DNA of 48,252 bases, counting the filler, from Stramenopiles sp. TOSAG23-2 (Eukaryota): the NCBI GenBank assembly GCA_900128395.1. It is 2 parts of 2 records of this genome, joined end to end, with 100 filler letters (N's around TTAATTAATTAA, not from the genome) between each part and the next. Parts side by side here need not be neighbours in the genome. Positions count along the whole stretch, not along the records: positions 1 to 24,102 come from LT649470.1; 1 more part is not named here. One strand, 5' to 3'. Positions 11,253 through 20,803 of this stretch are shown here, piece after piece. A program made the translations under genes and the position numbers. The notes beneath the pieces are model-generated. The model was given only the letters and a program-made list of their open reading frames with translations, did not search any database and was not told the origin of the DNA. Position 1 is the first letter of the stretch; each line of letters begins with the position of its first letter.

Positions 11253-11699
11253 ATCTACTTCTTTCTTTTTGATTTACAGAATTGATTGATTATGTATTAT
11301 ATAAATGTATATAAACAAATATTTGAATATTAAATAAATAAAAAATATTTATATAAATAAATATTAATAAAATAAATCGAGTTTATCTATAAATTATTAT
11401 CTTTTTTTACAGCGCTTAAATTAAGTGTGGTACTGTAAGTGTACTATTCCTCGTTACCAGGTAATGATGGATGCGATGTGGTGGATAAAAAAGAAAAAGA
11501 AACCGCGAATAAGACTATGTAATTTTATACTTGTAAGAATATATAGAATACTATATACTAAAATTAACATCTAAGAGAAAAAGGAATAGAACAAATTATT
11601 CATTTGTTTGTGTAAAAGTAAAAGCAATTGTTAGCAATAGAAAAAGAAGTGTACATTTTGGCACGTAATCAATATAACGACGGTTTCAAAATAAGCAAG

Positions 11700-11993
11700 A
11701 TGGCGTCTGGTAAGCGTCAAGATAGACCATCGATAATAAAAGAATGCGTTAATGAATCATTGATGGAAGGAGTGATGACTGCCATGAAAGCAGGAGCAAT
11801 TGCTTCATCAGTCGTATTGTTAGCGCACCATTTTCATAAAGGATTCAGAACAAATGTAGGAGTTAGTGGTAAAGTAGCGACGGTTATGATGCCTTTATTT
11901 GGAAGTTTTATCTTAACGACTGAACATTCTGTAAGTGCATGTAGGCGGAGACAGCAAGAGTTTGAACGATCTATGAGAAAATTGAAGGGATGA
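11700..11993 (+). CDS. Small two-helix membrane protein, ENOD93/Rcf2-N-terminal-like (putative mitochondrial)
   Basis: ATG at 11700 (MASGKRQ). The pattern EGVMTAMKAG...LAHHFHKGFRTNVGVSGKVA...F..TTEHSV resembles ENOD93/HIG1-associated proteins (recognised by eye only). Confidence 0.55.
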   Translation: MASGKRQDRPSIIKECVNESLMEGVMTAMKAGAIASSVVLLAHHFHKGFRTNVGVSGKVATVMMPLFGSFILTTEHSVSACRRRQQEFERSMRKLKG

Positions 11994-12094
11994 TGTATAT
12001 ATATATATATATACTCGTATATATATATTCACGAGGTGTACTCATATAAATATTATACAATTATATAAAAATAAAAAATAAATCAAACTTATAT

Positions 12095-14887
12095 TTACGA
12101 TAATAAAGATACACTATCAAAAAATGAAATTTGATTTGATTCTGATGATAAAGATTTATGTGTTATCGTAGACGATTCAATAACGTTAAACTGATTCAAA
12201 AACATATTATATCTTGCTACCATCGAGCTACTTGTTACAAAAGTATTTTCATTGGCAATTAATAAATAATTGCCATCATTAATATTATTAGTACCATCAT
12301 TAAATAAAATTTCATCATACATACAAGAAATAAAAATAAATCTTTTCTCAAGTCCTTTTACATTAACAACCGATTTATTATCAGGAATCCAAATATATTT
12401 ACTACCAAAACAGTCATCGGCATCGCCTTTTTCCCTACCTTTCGTATGATTTGTACCACTGCTGCTGCTGCTACTGCTACTACTACTGCTATTATTTTTA
12501 TTAATACCACTCATGAAAGATGGAATTATTATATCAATTGGTACCATCGATAAGTTAGTGATAGAAATATAACCAATCTTGCCACAGCATAACATTTCCA
12601 ATTTAGTAGTATCATTTAATATCCTCGAGTAAATTCGAGGTTGTTCCACGTTTGCATTAAATATATTACCTTGATGGGAAGTAATTCCACATTGTATTGT
12701 TTTAAATAACATATCACGAAATTTATTTTGAAAGGAACGTGAATCTCCTTCGGATAATATAATTTGTCTAGCAGATATTGGATTTGCACTTAATATTTTC
12801 CAGATGTAATCAATTTGTACACTACGATTATATCGTAAAAAATATATACGATATGTAGCATTGGTATCATCTAAAATTAATTCCACATGATCTTGATTTG
12901 TAATAGATGTATTGCTTTTGACGACAAGAACTTCTTCCTGTGTGTTTTTCGATCCATTACCATTACTAGGAACATGTTTTGTAATAACTATTGTTACATC
13001 ATTTTTAGAATTGTAAGAATAATCTTTTCTACCACGTGTATTTGGTAAAAACAAACATATTTGAGTCCATGTAACTTGATGAACCCTCATTTCAACAACA
13101 TTCGAATCAATAAAATTCATTCCTCTAGTATTATGCATATTTTGGATTTTAGAAGATTTAAAGGTTACGTTATACCAATTTTTATGTGCTTTAACAACAT
13201 CAACATTTGTAAAACGCCTCATAAAATCAGTATATGTAATCCAGAATGTGCCATCATTCTTATCAGTCATCTTCAAAATTTTTTTTAATGAATTTGTCCA
13301 CACGTCAGAACCGGATGAAAATGCCCCATGCCATTCTTTCTTCCCCCATGGATTCCTTATACGAAGTACTCTTAATGTACCTTCTAATGATAAATGGACA
13401 TTTTGACTGTCTTTTAATTTTTGTTTATCATAACAATTCCCATTACTATGAAATTGATTAGTAACACTTGCACTTGTATTTCCAGCAGCAGATGTTGAAC
13501 TTTTTTTCTTTGAAGAAGAAAAGAACTCTTTAATGGATTGTTGTCTACCAAGCTTCACATCTTTAATTTCTTTTACTTCCAATATAGAATATGCATGTAA
13601 ACCAACGATACCTTCACCAGTTGTTAACGTGCCGGCTCCCATTGGAAAATTACAGCTTGCATATGACAATAATTTACCCCATGCAATATCTGAATCAAAA
13701 TGTTCGTCATTTAAACTTAATACTTCAGTTGGACAACCAGTTAATACACTGAATGCTTCCACTATTTCGCCACCTGAAATTGCCATATAATTGCTACATG
13801 CTTTTGCATATGCTTTTTCCAAAAAAGCAAGCCATAATGAATTTCCTCTTCCAGGCTTTGCAAACGCTAAATTTGATTTTGGTAATTTACGATATGATGA
13901 TGATGACGATGTAGAAGAAGACGAGGATGACGTACTACTGTTATTTCCGTTTGCTTTTTTATCATTATTTACACGTATGGGTAAAAAATTATCAATTGAA
14001 ATTGCTTCCCATTCACCATGTAAGCATAAATTAATTACAAGTTTCCCATCTTTTGGTATGCACATATTACGTTTAATATTATTATTATCATTGTTGTTGT
14101 TATTATTATTATTATCGGAAAGATACGTAGTATTGTTTAAATGATATGAAAATATTTGTTGCATTAAATCAGATCGTTCAGCAACAACTGCTGCTGCTGA
14201 AATGAACCAACAATCCCCAATTTTACCTTGTAATATGTCATTTGGAGCAAATAGTTTTTCATTTAATAAATGAGTTTGTGCAAGTTTATATTCAGGTGAA
14301 GAAAAGCGTTTCCAAGAGAGATCTTTCGCTTGTTTCGTATGTGGTTCACCGTTACACCATTGAAAAAATTTACAACGAAATTTGGCTGGTTTATTACAAC
14401 AATAAAAATATTTACCTTTGTTTTGTGTTTCTTTACGAACACGCTTTGCAGTAGCATGTTTACCACAATAACATTTCGGAGCTTCATCGCTATTATTATT
14501 ACTTTTTTTTTTCATACCAGAGCGTCCATCAATACTTCGTGAATTAGCTTGAAAATTGATGTCTACAAATAATTGATTTTTTGTATTTTGTTTTTCTACA
14601 TTTATATTGTCCGAAAGTTTTCCTTTTATCATGGAAACAGACGATGATATGATCCAGTTGTTCGTAGTATTATGAATGATTGTATTTGAATTATTTTCAT
14701 GATCACTATTACGTTTCTTGACTATTTCAGTTGTTGACGTTATTAATTTTCTTTTTTTATTTACAATGTGATTATTATTATTGTTATTGTTGTTCGTTGG
14801 GCGATGATGACCATTATTTACATGGTTTTGATTGGCATCATTGTTATCATTGTGGTTTGGGCTAGTCAAATCAATAATTCCACTCAT
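12095..14887 (-). CDS. Calpain-family (CysPc) cysteine protease with N-terminal GRF zinc finger
   Basis: Intact triad QGKIGDCW, HAYS, RNPWG, plus LEKAYAK and DGTFW. zf-GRF CYCG...NKGKYFYCC...CKFFQW. Likely start MSGIIDLT at 14887 (the ORF extends to 14938). Confidence 0.92.
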   Translation of the reverse strand: MSGIIDLTSPNHNDNNDANQNHVNNGHHRPTNNNNNNNNHIVNKKRKLITSTTEIVKKRNSDHENNSNTIIHNTTNNWIISSSVSMIKGKLSDNINVEKQNTKNQLFVDINFQANSRSIDGRSGMKKKSNNNSDEAPKCYCGKHATAKRVRKETQNKGKYFYCCNKPAKFRCKFFQWCNGEPHTKQAKDLSWKRFSSPEYKLAQTHLLNEKLFAPNDILQGKIGDCWFISAAAVVAERSDLMQQIFSYHLNNTTYLSDNNNNNNNNDNNNIKRNMCIPKDGKLVINLCLHGEWEAISIDNFLPIRVNNDKKANGNNSSTSSSSSSTSSSSSYRKLPKSNLAFAKPGRGNSLWLAFLEKAYAKACSNYMAISGGEIVEAFSVLTGCPTEVLSLNDEHFDSDIAWGKLLSYASCNFPMGAGTLTTGEGIVGLHAYSILEVKEIKDVKLGRQQSIKEFFSSSKKKSSTSAAGNTSASVTNQFHSNGNCYDKQKLKDSQNVHLSLEGTLRVLRIRNPWGKKEWHGAFSSGSDVWTNSLKKILKMTDKNDGTFWITYTDFMRRFTNVDVVKAHKNWYNVTFKSSKIQNMHNTRGMNFIDSNVVEMRVHQVTWTQICLFLPNTRGRKDYSYNSKNDVTIVITKHVPSNGNGSKNTQEEVLVVKSNTSITNQDHVELILDDTNATYRIYFLRYNRSVQIDYIWKILSANPISARQIILSEGDSRSFQNKFRDMLFKTIQCGITSHQGNIFNANVEQPRIYSRILNDTTKLEMLCCGKIGYISITNLSMVPIDIIIPSFMSGINKNNSSSSSSSSSSSGTNHTKGREKGDADDCFGSKYIWIPDNKSVVNVKGLEKRFIFISCMYDEILFNDGTNNINDGNYLLIANENTFVTSSSMVARYNMFLNQFNVIESSTITHKSLSSESNQISFFDSVSLLS

Positions 14888-15049
14888 TTTGCATTTAATC
14901 GTTTTGATGTTTTTTTTTTTTTCATCTATATAGTACACATACGAAGCACATCTATCTCTCTGAAAAATGTTTTACTAGATAGATATTTTTGAATTACATC
15001 ATGCAATTCTATTTGGAACAACAACTAACCAAAAAGGTTAACCCAAAAA

Positions 15050-15190
15050 ACTTTTAAGTATAAATTCTCATCTACATCATTTGATAGGGAAAATCGATAA
15101 ATTCTTTTTATCTATTTTCAATCTTCCATTTTCCATTTAATAACTTTTAAGTATAATTTCTCATCTACATCATTTGATAGGGGAAATCGA
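15050..15190. repeat. ~50-bp direct repeat in a divergent intergenic region
   Basis: ACTTTTAAGTATAA.TTCTCATCTACATCATTTGATAGGG.AAATCGA at about 15050 and 15143. Confidence 0.8.
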
Positions 15191-15580
15191 ATCTGGGCTC
15201 TTTTTTTAGTTGCCGTGTTGCGTCAATCAAGCCCAGCAAGCCTGGCAAGGCACCAACATGAAGGAGCAAGAAGCCCGGCGGCGGCTAGAACCAATCAAAA
15301 GTGAAATATCTTTTGCTTTTTGTGGTGTACACATTCGCACATCTCACAGGTATAGAGCTACCATCATCACACCACCCTTTATTGTACTTATAGAATCTAT
15401 ATTACAATATATATATGTAAATGTAAGATTATTCTGTGGATACATACATTTATACATATATTTATCATATAATAACAACAACATAAAAAATTATATTAGT
15501 TATATATATATTAATTAGGAATAACTTGATATTTTGTAACAGCAACAAATTATAATATTAATTGACGACATCAATATATC

Positions 15581-16678
15581 ATGATGATGATGATGAAATT
15601 TATGTTCATATTTTTATTATGTTTTTTTATACATACGCAAACATCAAATGCAAATGTTGCATCCGTAGATGCTACACAGATGAATATGCCATATAATCCA
15701 CTTGTGGAACTAAGAAAGCAATATGTACCACCAGAAATTGCAATATTTGATTGGGTACGTTCCCACGGTGGTATTGTCGATGGTGTAGCGATATTTTCAC
15801 CAAAAAATAAACCAAGAGGTTTATATACGACAAAGCAATTTAAAAACGGTACAATGTTATTGTCAATACCAAACGAAGTGATGATACACAGAGGATTTGT
15901 TCTCAATGAGAAAAAAAATCCAGCATTTGTATCATATTACAGAGGACATAGCATTGATGGTAAAAATTACTTCATCGGACATGGTTTGCAAGCAATTAAA
16001 GATATGGATGCTGGTGAAGAAATATTTGATAACTACAGTCCACTAAGCGAAACTCACTTATGTACAATCAATATTCTTATAACATTTGGTTTTCTTGAGC
16101 CGGAACGTGGATACGATTGTTACGAGTTTACAGTAAATGCGACATTCGACGGAGAGTCAAAATTTGTTGCTGAAAAAATAGCATTATTTAACGCATTTGG
16201 TATACCAAGAACTTTATCGGTTACATTGCGTGGCTCGACATTGGATTCAATGCGCGAACGATTTCCAGAAGATTATTTAATATTTATGCGAATTATGTCA
16301 ATTTCCAATATTAATCAGTATAAGACTGGTATGATTGTAGCAAATGGAATTAAAGCTGGTACACATTCACGGAAAACAGTTTGGTCCCTCGATAACGAGC
16401 ATAATACGCTACGAAGTTTAAAAAAGCAAGCGAGTAACATACAGCTACATAATTTTGAAACGACTGTTGAGGAAGATTTGCAAATCTTGCAATTGTTGGA
16501 TAGTAAATTAAATGATAGTAGCATTACAAGTTACAAAACATTAGAATCTTATCGACAACAAAAACTAATTGTCGGATTAAGGCGCCGTGAGCATGAAGTA
16601 GTATCTACATTGATTGATTTTGCAGATGAAAAATGGATGAATTTATTAAATGCTAAAATATTAAACTCAGACATTTAA
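15581..16678 (+). CDS. Rubisco-LSMT-like SET-domain protein with signal peptide, SET core apparently shortened
   Basis: FDWVRSHGG...RGLYTTK...LLSIP (SET-N), AIKDMDAGEEIFDNY...LITFGF (SET-C) and FETTVEEDLQIL (substrate-binding domain). No NH motif seen. Confidence 0.75.
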   Translation: MMMMMKFMFIFLLCFFIHTQTSNANVASVDATQMNMPYNPLVELRKQYVPPEIAIFDWVRSHGGIVDGVAIFSPKNKPRGLYTTKQFKNGTMLLSIPNEVMIHRGFVLNEKKNPAFVSYYRGHSIDGKNYFIGHGLQAIKDMDAGEEIFDNYSPLSETHLCTINILITFGFLEPERGYDCYEFTVNATFDGESKFVAEKIALFNAFGIPRTLSVTLRGSTLDSMRERFPEDYLIFMRIMSISNINQYKTGMIVANGIKAGTHSRKTVWSLDNEHNTLRSLKKQASNIQLHNFETTVEEDLQILQLLDSKLNDSSITSYKTLESYRQQKLIVGLRRREHEVVSTLIDFADEKWMNLLNAKILNSDI

Positions 16679-16750
16679 AAATGCTATCTCAGCAGTTTCA
16701 ATGTCTCGTAAAAATGTTGTAGGAAATCATGTACACGTTATATATTACGA

Positions 16751-16754
16751 AGAG

Positions 16755-16793
<39 letters not shown>
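16751..16793. repeat. (GA)n microsatellite
   Basis: Direct reading. Confidence 0.95.
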
Positions 16794-16798
<5 letters not shown>

Positions 16799-16985
16799 AT
16801 CAAAGTGTGTTGCTAATTTTTATTTTAGTACCTAGTGCGTTCAATGAAAGAACTGAACACAATTTTTTTTACACAACAACACGAAAATGTAAAAACATAT
16901 TTATTTTAATATTTTTTTTTAATATATTTTTATCATAATTACTGCTGAGAGTAATACGAACCCTTCAGTGTATTCAAAAATCTCC

Positions 16986-18323
16986 TCAATCATGGATCAA
17001 AGGTGACAAAATATCTTTCGTTAAATCTATATAATAATACTCTCCATTTACACCATAATCTTTATATTTTTCACCAGAATCTTTACGTTTCTCATTTGGA
17101 ATAGCTCTTTCAATGTTTGTCCCTTCGTGCCATTCATTAAATGATGTAATGGATATAAATCTTTTCGTATTACGCTTTGCATTACCTAATGCTTCTTTAT
17201 AATAATCGCCATTACGTCGCTCACGCGTATTCTGCCTATTCCAAGGACGTACTGGTACATCTTCATATCCAGGACCGACAGATGGAATATAAATTAAATG
17301 ATTTTGATCTGCAAAATTTCTCATTGAATGGAAATTCTGAAATGAGCTACCATATGTCATCCCATTTACCGCAAAATATGTATAAAATCCATCCCAATGT
17401 CCATTTTTAATATTTGTCTGATGTGTAGATTCTACAAGTAACCCAATCATGATACAATCATATTTAGTGCCACGAATAGTATTTTTTGATGTTTTTTTTA
17501 AAATCTTAGACCAGGCATTTGGACGAATTAAATACGAATCATAAATATACATCATTGGCAAACGGCTTTTCTCTTCCCGATAAAATGCAGGGTGTTCACC
17601 ATACGTATTGATAATATATTTCAAATCCTCTTTCACGCTTTTAGGCGACCGTTTTTTATATGGCTCAATATGAAATGTTATCTTTAACCCATATTGTGCC
17701 GCTTTATTTAATAATAACGGAATCAATTCATCTGAAGCCCTTCCTTCATTATCATGTTGATTTGGTGGATACCAGCTAACTACAAGTACACCGGCACCTG
17801 CGCGTTGTATTTGCTTCATATGATCTTCTACTACACTTGGATTATGGCTACTATAAAACCCCAGACTTGGATAATATATACTGCCAACATCGTTATTTTC
17901 TGGAACGTGCCTTTCTTGGGAGAAACGTTTGGCAGTTCGTTTGTTCCAATGTGCTAAACGAGGATGATTCCAATGCAGCCATCTATTATCGTATGTAGGA
18001 TTTCCGTACCAACCGTAGTAGAATATATGAATATCATATGAGCAGTTTAACATTATTTTACAATTTGGAAAATTAGGTGGGGAAGACGTTTGTGGAGAAG
18101 TTGCTTTTAAATTAATTGAAGACGAAAGATGATCATTGCCATCATTATTTACAAAATGATTTTTTTTATCCTTTATTATTTGTTGACTCTTTATTGTTTT
18201 TTGTAATTGTACTATTTTATGCGCATTTGTTGGGGTCAACTTATTCATTACGTATCTAGTAATCAATAACCATACCATTAAGATACTTGCAACAATGATG
18301 GTGACTTTATTATTACATTTCAT
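16986..18323 (-). CDS. MANEA: Glycoprotein endo-alpha-1,2-mannosidase (GH99), type II membrane protein
   Basis: FYYGWYGNP, HWNH, FHIEPY, DGFYTYFA, IPSVGPGY and ITSFNEWHEGT motifs, plus an N-terminal TM anchor. Confidence 0.92.
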   Translation of the reverse strand: MKCNNKVTIIVASILMVWLLITRYVMNKLTPTNAHKIVQLQKTIKSQQIIKDKKNHFVNNDGNDHLSSSINLKATSPQTSSPPNFPNCKIMLNCSYDIHIFYYGWYGNPTYDNRWLHWNHPRLAHWNKRTAKRFSQERHVPENNDVGSIYYPSLGFYSSHNPSVVEDHMKQIQRAGAGVLVVSWYPPNQHDNEGRASDELIPLLLNKAAQYGLKITFHIEPYKKRSPKSVKEDLKYIINTYGEHPAFYREEKSRLPMMYIYDSYLIRPNAWSKILKKTSKNTIRGTKYDCIMIGLLVESTHQTNIKNGHWDGFYTYFAVNGMTYGSSFQNFHSMRNFADQNHLIYIPSVGPGYEDVPVRPWNRQNTRERRNGDYYKEALGNAKRNTKRFISITSFNEWHEGTNIERAIPNEKRKDSGEKYKDYGVNGEYYYIDLTKDILSPLIHD

Positions 18324-18740
18324 GATGATGATGATGATGATGATTATGAAAGAAGGGATAATATATATGTAGACGTATATATATTCCTTTTTGAAATTGA
18401 AAAAAACATTTGCTATGTTTTTATATAATAATTTTTATTCTTCTTTATCTCGTGGCATCCGTGCGTCGTTTTTTTGCTTTTGTGTACTTTGTATTCTGGT
18501 ATTTATGCAGACTTCCTTAAAAAATGCACAGAGCACCAGACTTTTTTTTTTTATTACAGTATACTACAGCTACAGGTATAGTTGCTATAGTCTATAGTAG
18601 TAGTATAATATTTTAATTTTTAATACTGCCAGTGACAAAATATTGAAATTACAATAGTATAAACACCACGTGGTAGTGTGGCTTTATTATTAGATAGGGA
18701 AAATGTATTATGGTGTCCAGAGAAGTGTGTGCCTTTCCAG

Positions 18741-18835
18741 CTGCTGGTTTGCCAGTTTGCCAGTTTTAGTTTTTGCTGGTTTGCTGGTTTGCCCTGTGGT
18801 TTGCTGGTTTGCTGGTTTGCTGGTTTGCCAGTTTG
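18741..18835. repeat. Degenerate 8-bp tandem repeat (CTGGTTTG/CCAGTTTG) in a divergent promoter region
   Basis: About ten imperfect units between the head-to-head MANEA and methyltransferase genes. Confidence 0.85.
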
Positions 18836-19098
18836 CCCTGATTTGCAACAACCTAAACCCTTTCTGCTTTCTGGCTTTCTTCTACTTCTTCTTCAACTTT
18901 TCACAACTTTTTTTTTTTCTTCAAAAAAAAAAAGAGTTGCAACAGCAGTTTGATTTTTTTAAATAATTATAAATAATAAATCGAAGCAATGATACTGTAG
19001 GAAACAAGTGATTTAATTTATTTCAAAGAGATTGTATTATATTATTCATTATACCCATATATGTATATATACATTTTACCATTTACCATTTTACAACA

Positions 19099-20556
19099 AT
19101 GAACAAATACGGTGGCATAACTCATTATGTGAGACACAAATTATGGCTTTGTTTGGGTTATATAATTCTCATCATCAATATTATGATATTTAACGCAAAT
19201 CATAATAGACACATTTTTTGTCAAGCAACAGGAGATGGTGATAATTATTGTAAAGAAGGAAATATAAATGACAGAGACTGTAAAGACAAAAAAACAGTCG
19301 AGATAGATTTCCAAAGTCCTGGCAGAGACAAAACATATTATCATAAAAACATACGATTAATGTTAAGTGAAAGTATATTTGGTTTGTTAAACAGTAATAC
19401 TGCCTTTTGTTTTACACTGTATAATCAAAATAATAAACAAAGTTTTGACAAATGTGTATATAAAAAAGAAGAAATTGCAGAATTTATATATCCAAAGCAT
19501 ATTACAGTTAGAGGCCTTGGAGAAGGAACCATAGATTTGGCAGCTTGGATGAAAGATAAAAATACAGAATTACCAATTGAATCAACATGGGTTTCATATT
19601 CTTTTTATGTAACATTTGAGTGTATAAAGAATTTTGATTCTGTCCCATCATTTTTTTTGGAAATGGAACAAGTCGACTTGCAATCAGTTATATTAACTAA
19701 TGCACCATTGTGTTATGATTTTTTGAAACACAAAATTAAAAACAGTCGGAACAATACAAATAGAAGGCTTGATACTGTTGATAATAATTACAATAACGAT
19801 ATCACCTTTCGGAATAAGGATAATGACAATCAGAACAATAACAAAATCAAAGAGGATAATTTATCTGAAAAATTATTGCGAAATTATCTAGATGTAAAAA
19901 GTGGCTCTAGAGGTGTGTTTGGAGTTCCATTTTATGAGCAATCTTTTGGACATGGGGATAGAATATATTTAGATTTCATACTTGCTAGTAAACCTAATTA
20001 TAAATCGATTGTTGAGTTTGGAACATTTAAAGGTTTAACAAGTTTGTACCTTGGCATGTCCGCTAGACTACGTAGCAGAGCTAAAAACTTTCAAACTTTT
20101 GATATCGTCGATTTACGACAACCACATATAATATCTTCCTGGTTAGGTAATATGAATTTCAATCTTGCTGATTTAGAAAAAGTACCATTAAATACAGATG
20201 TTGTCAAGTCAATTATAAATACAGATTTTTTATTTGTAGATGGTGGAAACAAACATGTCGAGGCGGTCCTCTATGCAGGCCTTCTAAAAGTTGGTTCAGG
20301 TATATTTATTCATGATTATCAATATGATAATGAAAATTTCGATTCACCAAGCGAACGGTTTCCAGAATTAGAAGAAATGGGATTTACTCCATTTTATGAC
20401 GATGCTGCAATGCTCTTTAATTCATGCGGTCGCTTTTGGATACGAGAGAAGCAGCTACAGACTTTTGATTTAAGAATATGGTTGACGAATCTCGGATGCG
20501 TTTCAGTCACACATTGTGATGTTTCAAAGACTTGGAAAGGCCATTTTGGTCTGTAA
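19099..20556 (+). CDS. Secretory-pathway protein with C-terminal class I SAM-dependent methyltransferase (Methyltransf_24-like)
   Basis: N-terminal TM/signal segment, and IVEFGTFKGLTS, TFDI, DFLFVDGG and IFIHDY motifs. Confidence 0.8.
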   Translation: MNKYGGITHYVRHKLWLCLGYIILIINIMIFNANHNRHIFCQATGDGDNYCKEGNINDRDCKDKKTVEIDFQSPGRDKTYYHKNIRLMLSESIFGLLNSNTAFCFTLYNQNNKQSFDKCVYKKEEIAEFIYPKHITVRGLGEGTIDLAAWMKDKNTELPIESTWVSYSFYVTFECIKNFDSVPSFFLEMEQVDLQSVILTNAPLCYDFLKHKIKNSRNNTNRRLDTVDNNYNNDITFRNKDNDNQNNNKIKEDNLSEKLLRNYLDVKSGSRGVFGVPFYEQSFGHGDRIYLDFILASKPNYKSIVEFGTFKGLTSLYLGMSARLRSRAKNFQTFDIVDLRQPHIISSWLGNMNFNLADLEKVPLNTDVVKSIINTDFLFVDGGNKHVEAVLYAGLLKVGSGIFIHDYQYDNENFDSPSERFPELEEMGFTPFYDDAAMLFNSCGRFWIREKQLQTFDLRIWLTNLGCVSVTHCDVSKTWKGHFGL

Positions 20557-20803
20557 AACATTAAAAAAAAGGGAGTGAGATTTTGTGTTATTTTAATTCC
20601 ATTGAAAATTCTCTTTGGAGTATCGACACACTATGATATCATATCATAGTGTGATAGATAGATATTAATTTATATTATAACTCAGTTACCGCATTCCTGG
20701 CATTCTTTTAGAGAGTAGAAATTATTAAATGAGTGAGTTAAAAAACTACGAGAGCGTAAATTATGCATAAAATTTAAACTGCAAAATGTTGTTTTTCAAA
20801 ATA

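Noticed and set aside
18678-18966. ORFs across the CTGGTTTG repeat
   Set aside because: Translations of a tandem repeat with no protein-like signal.
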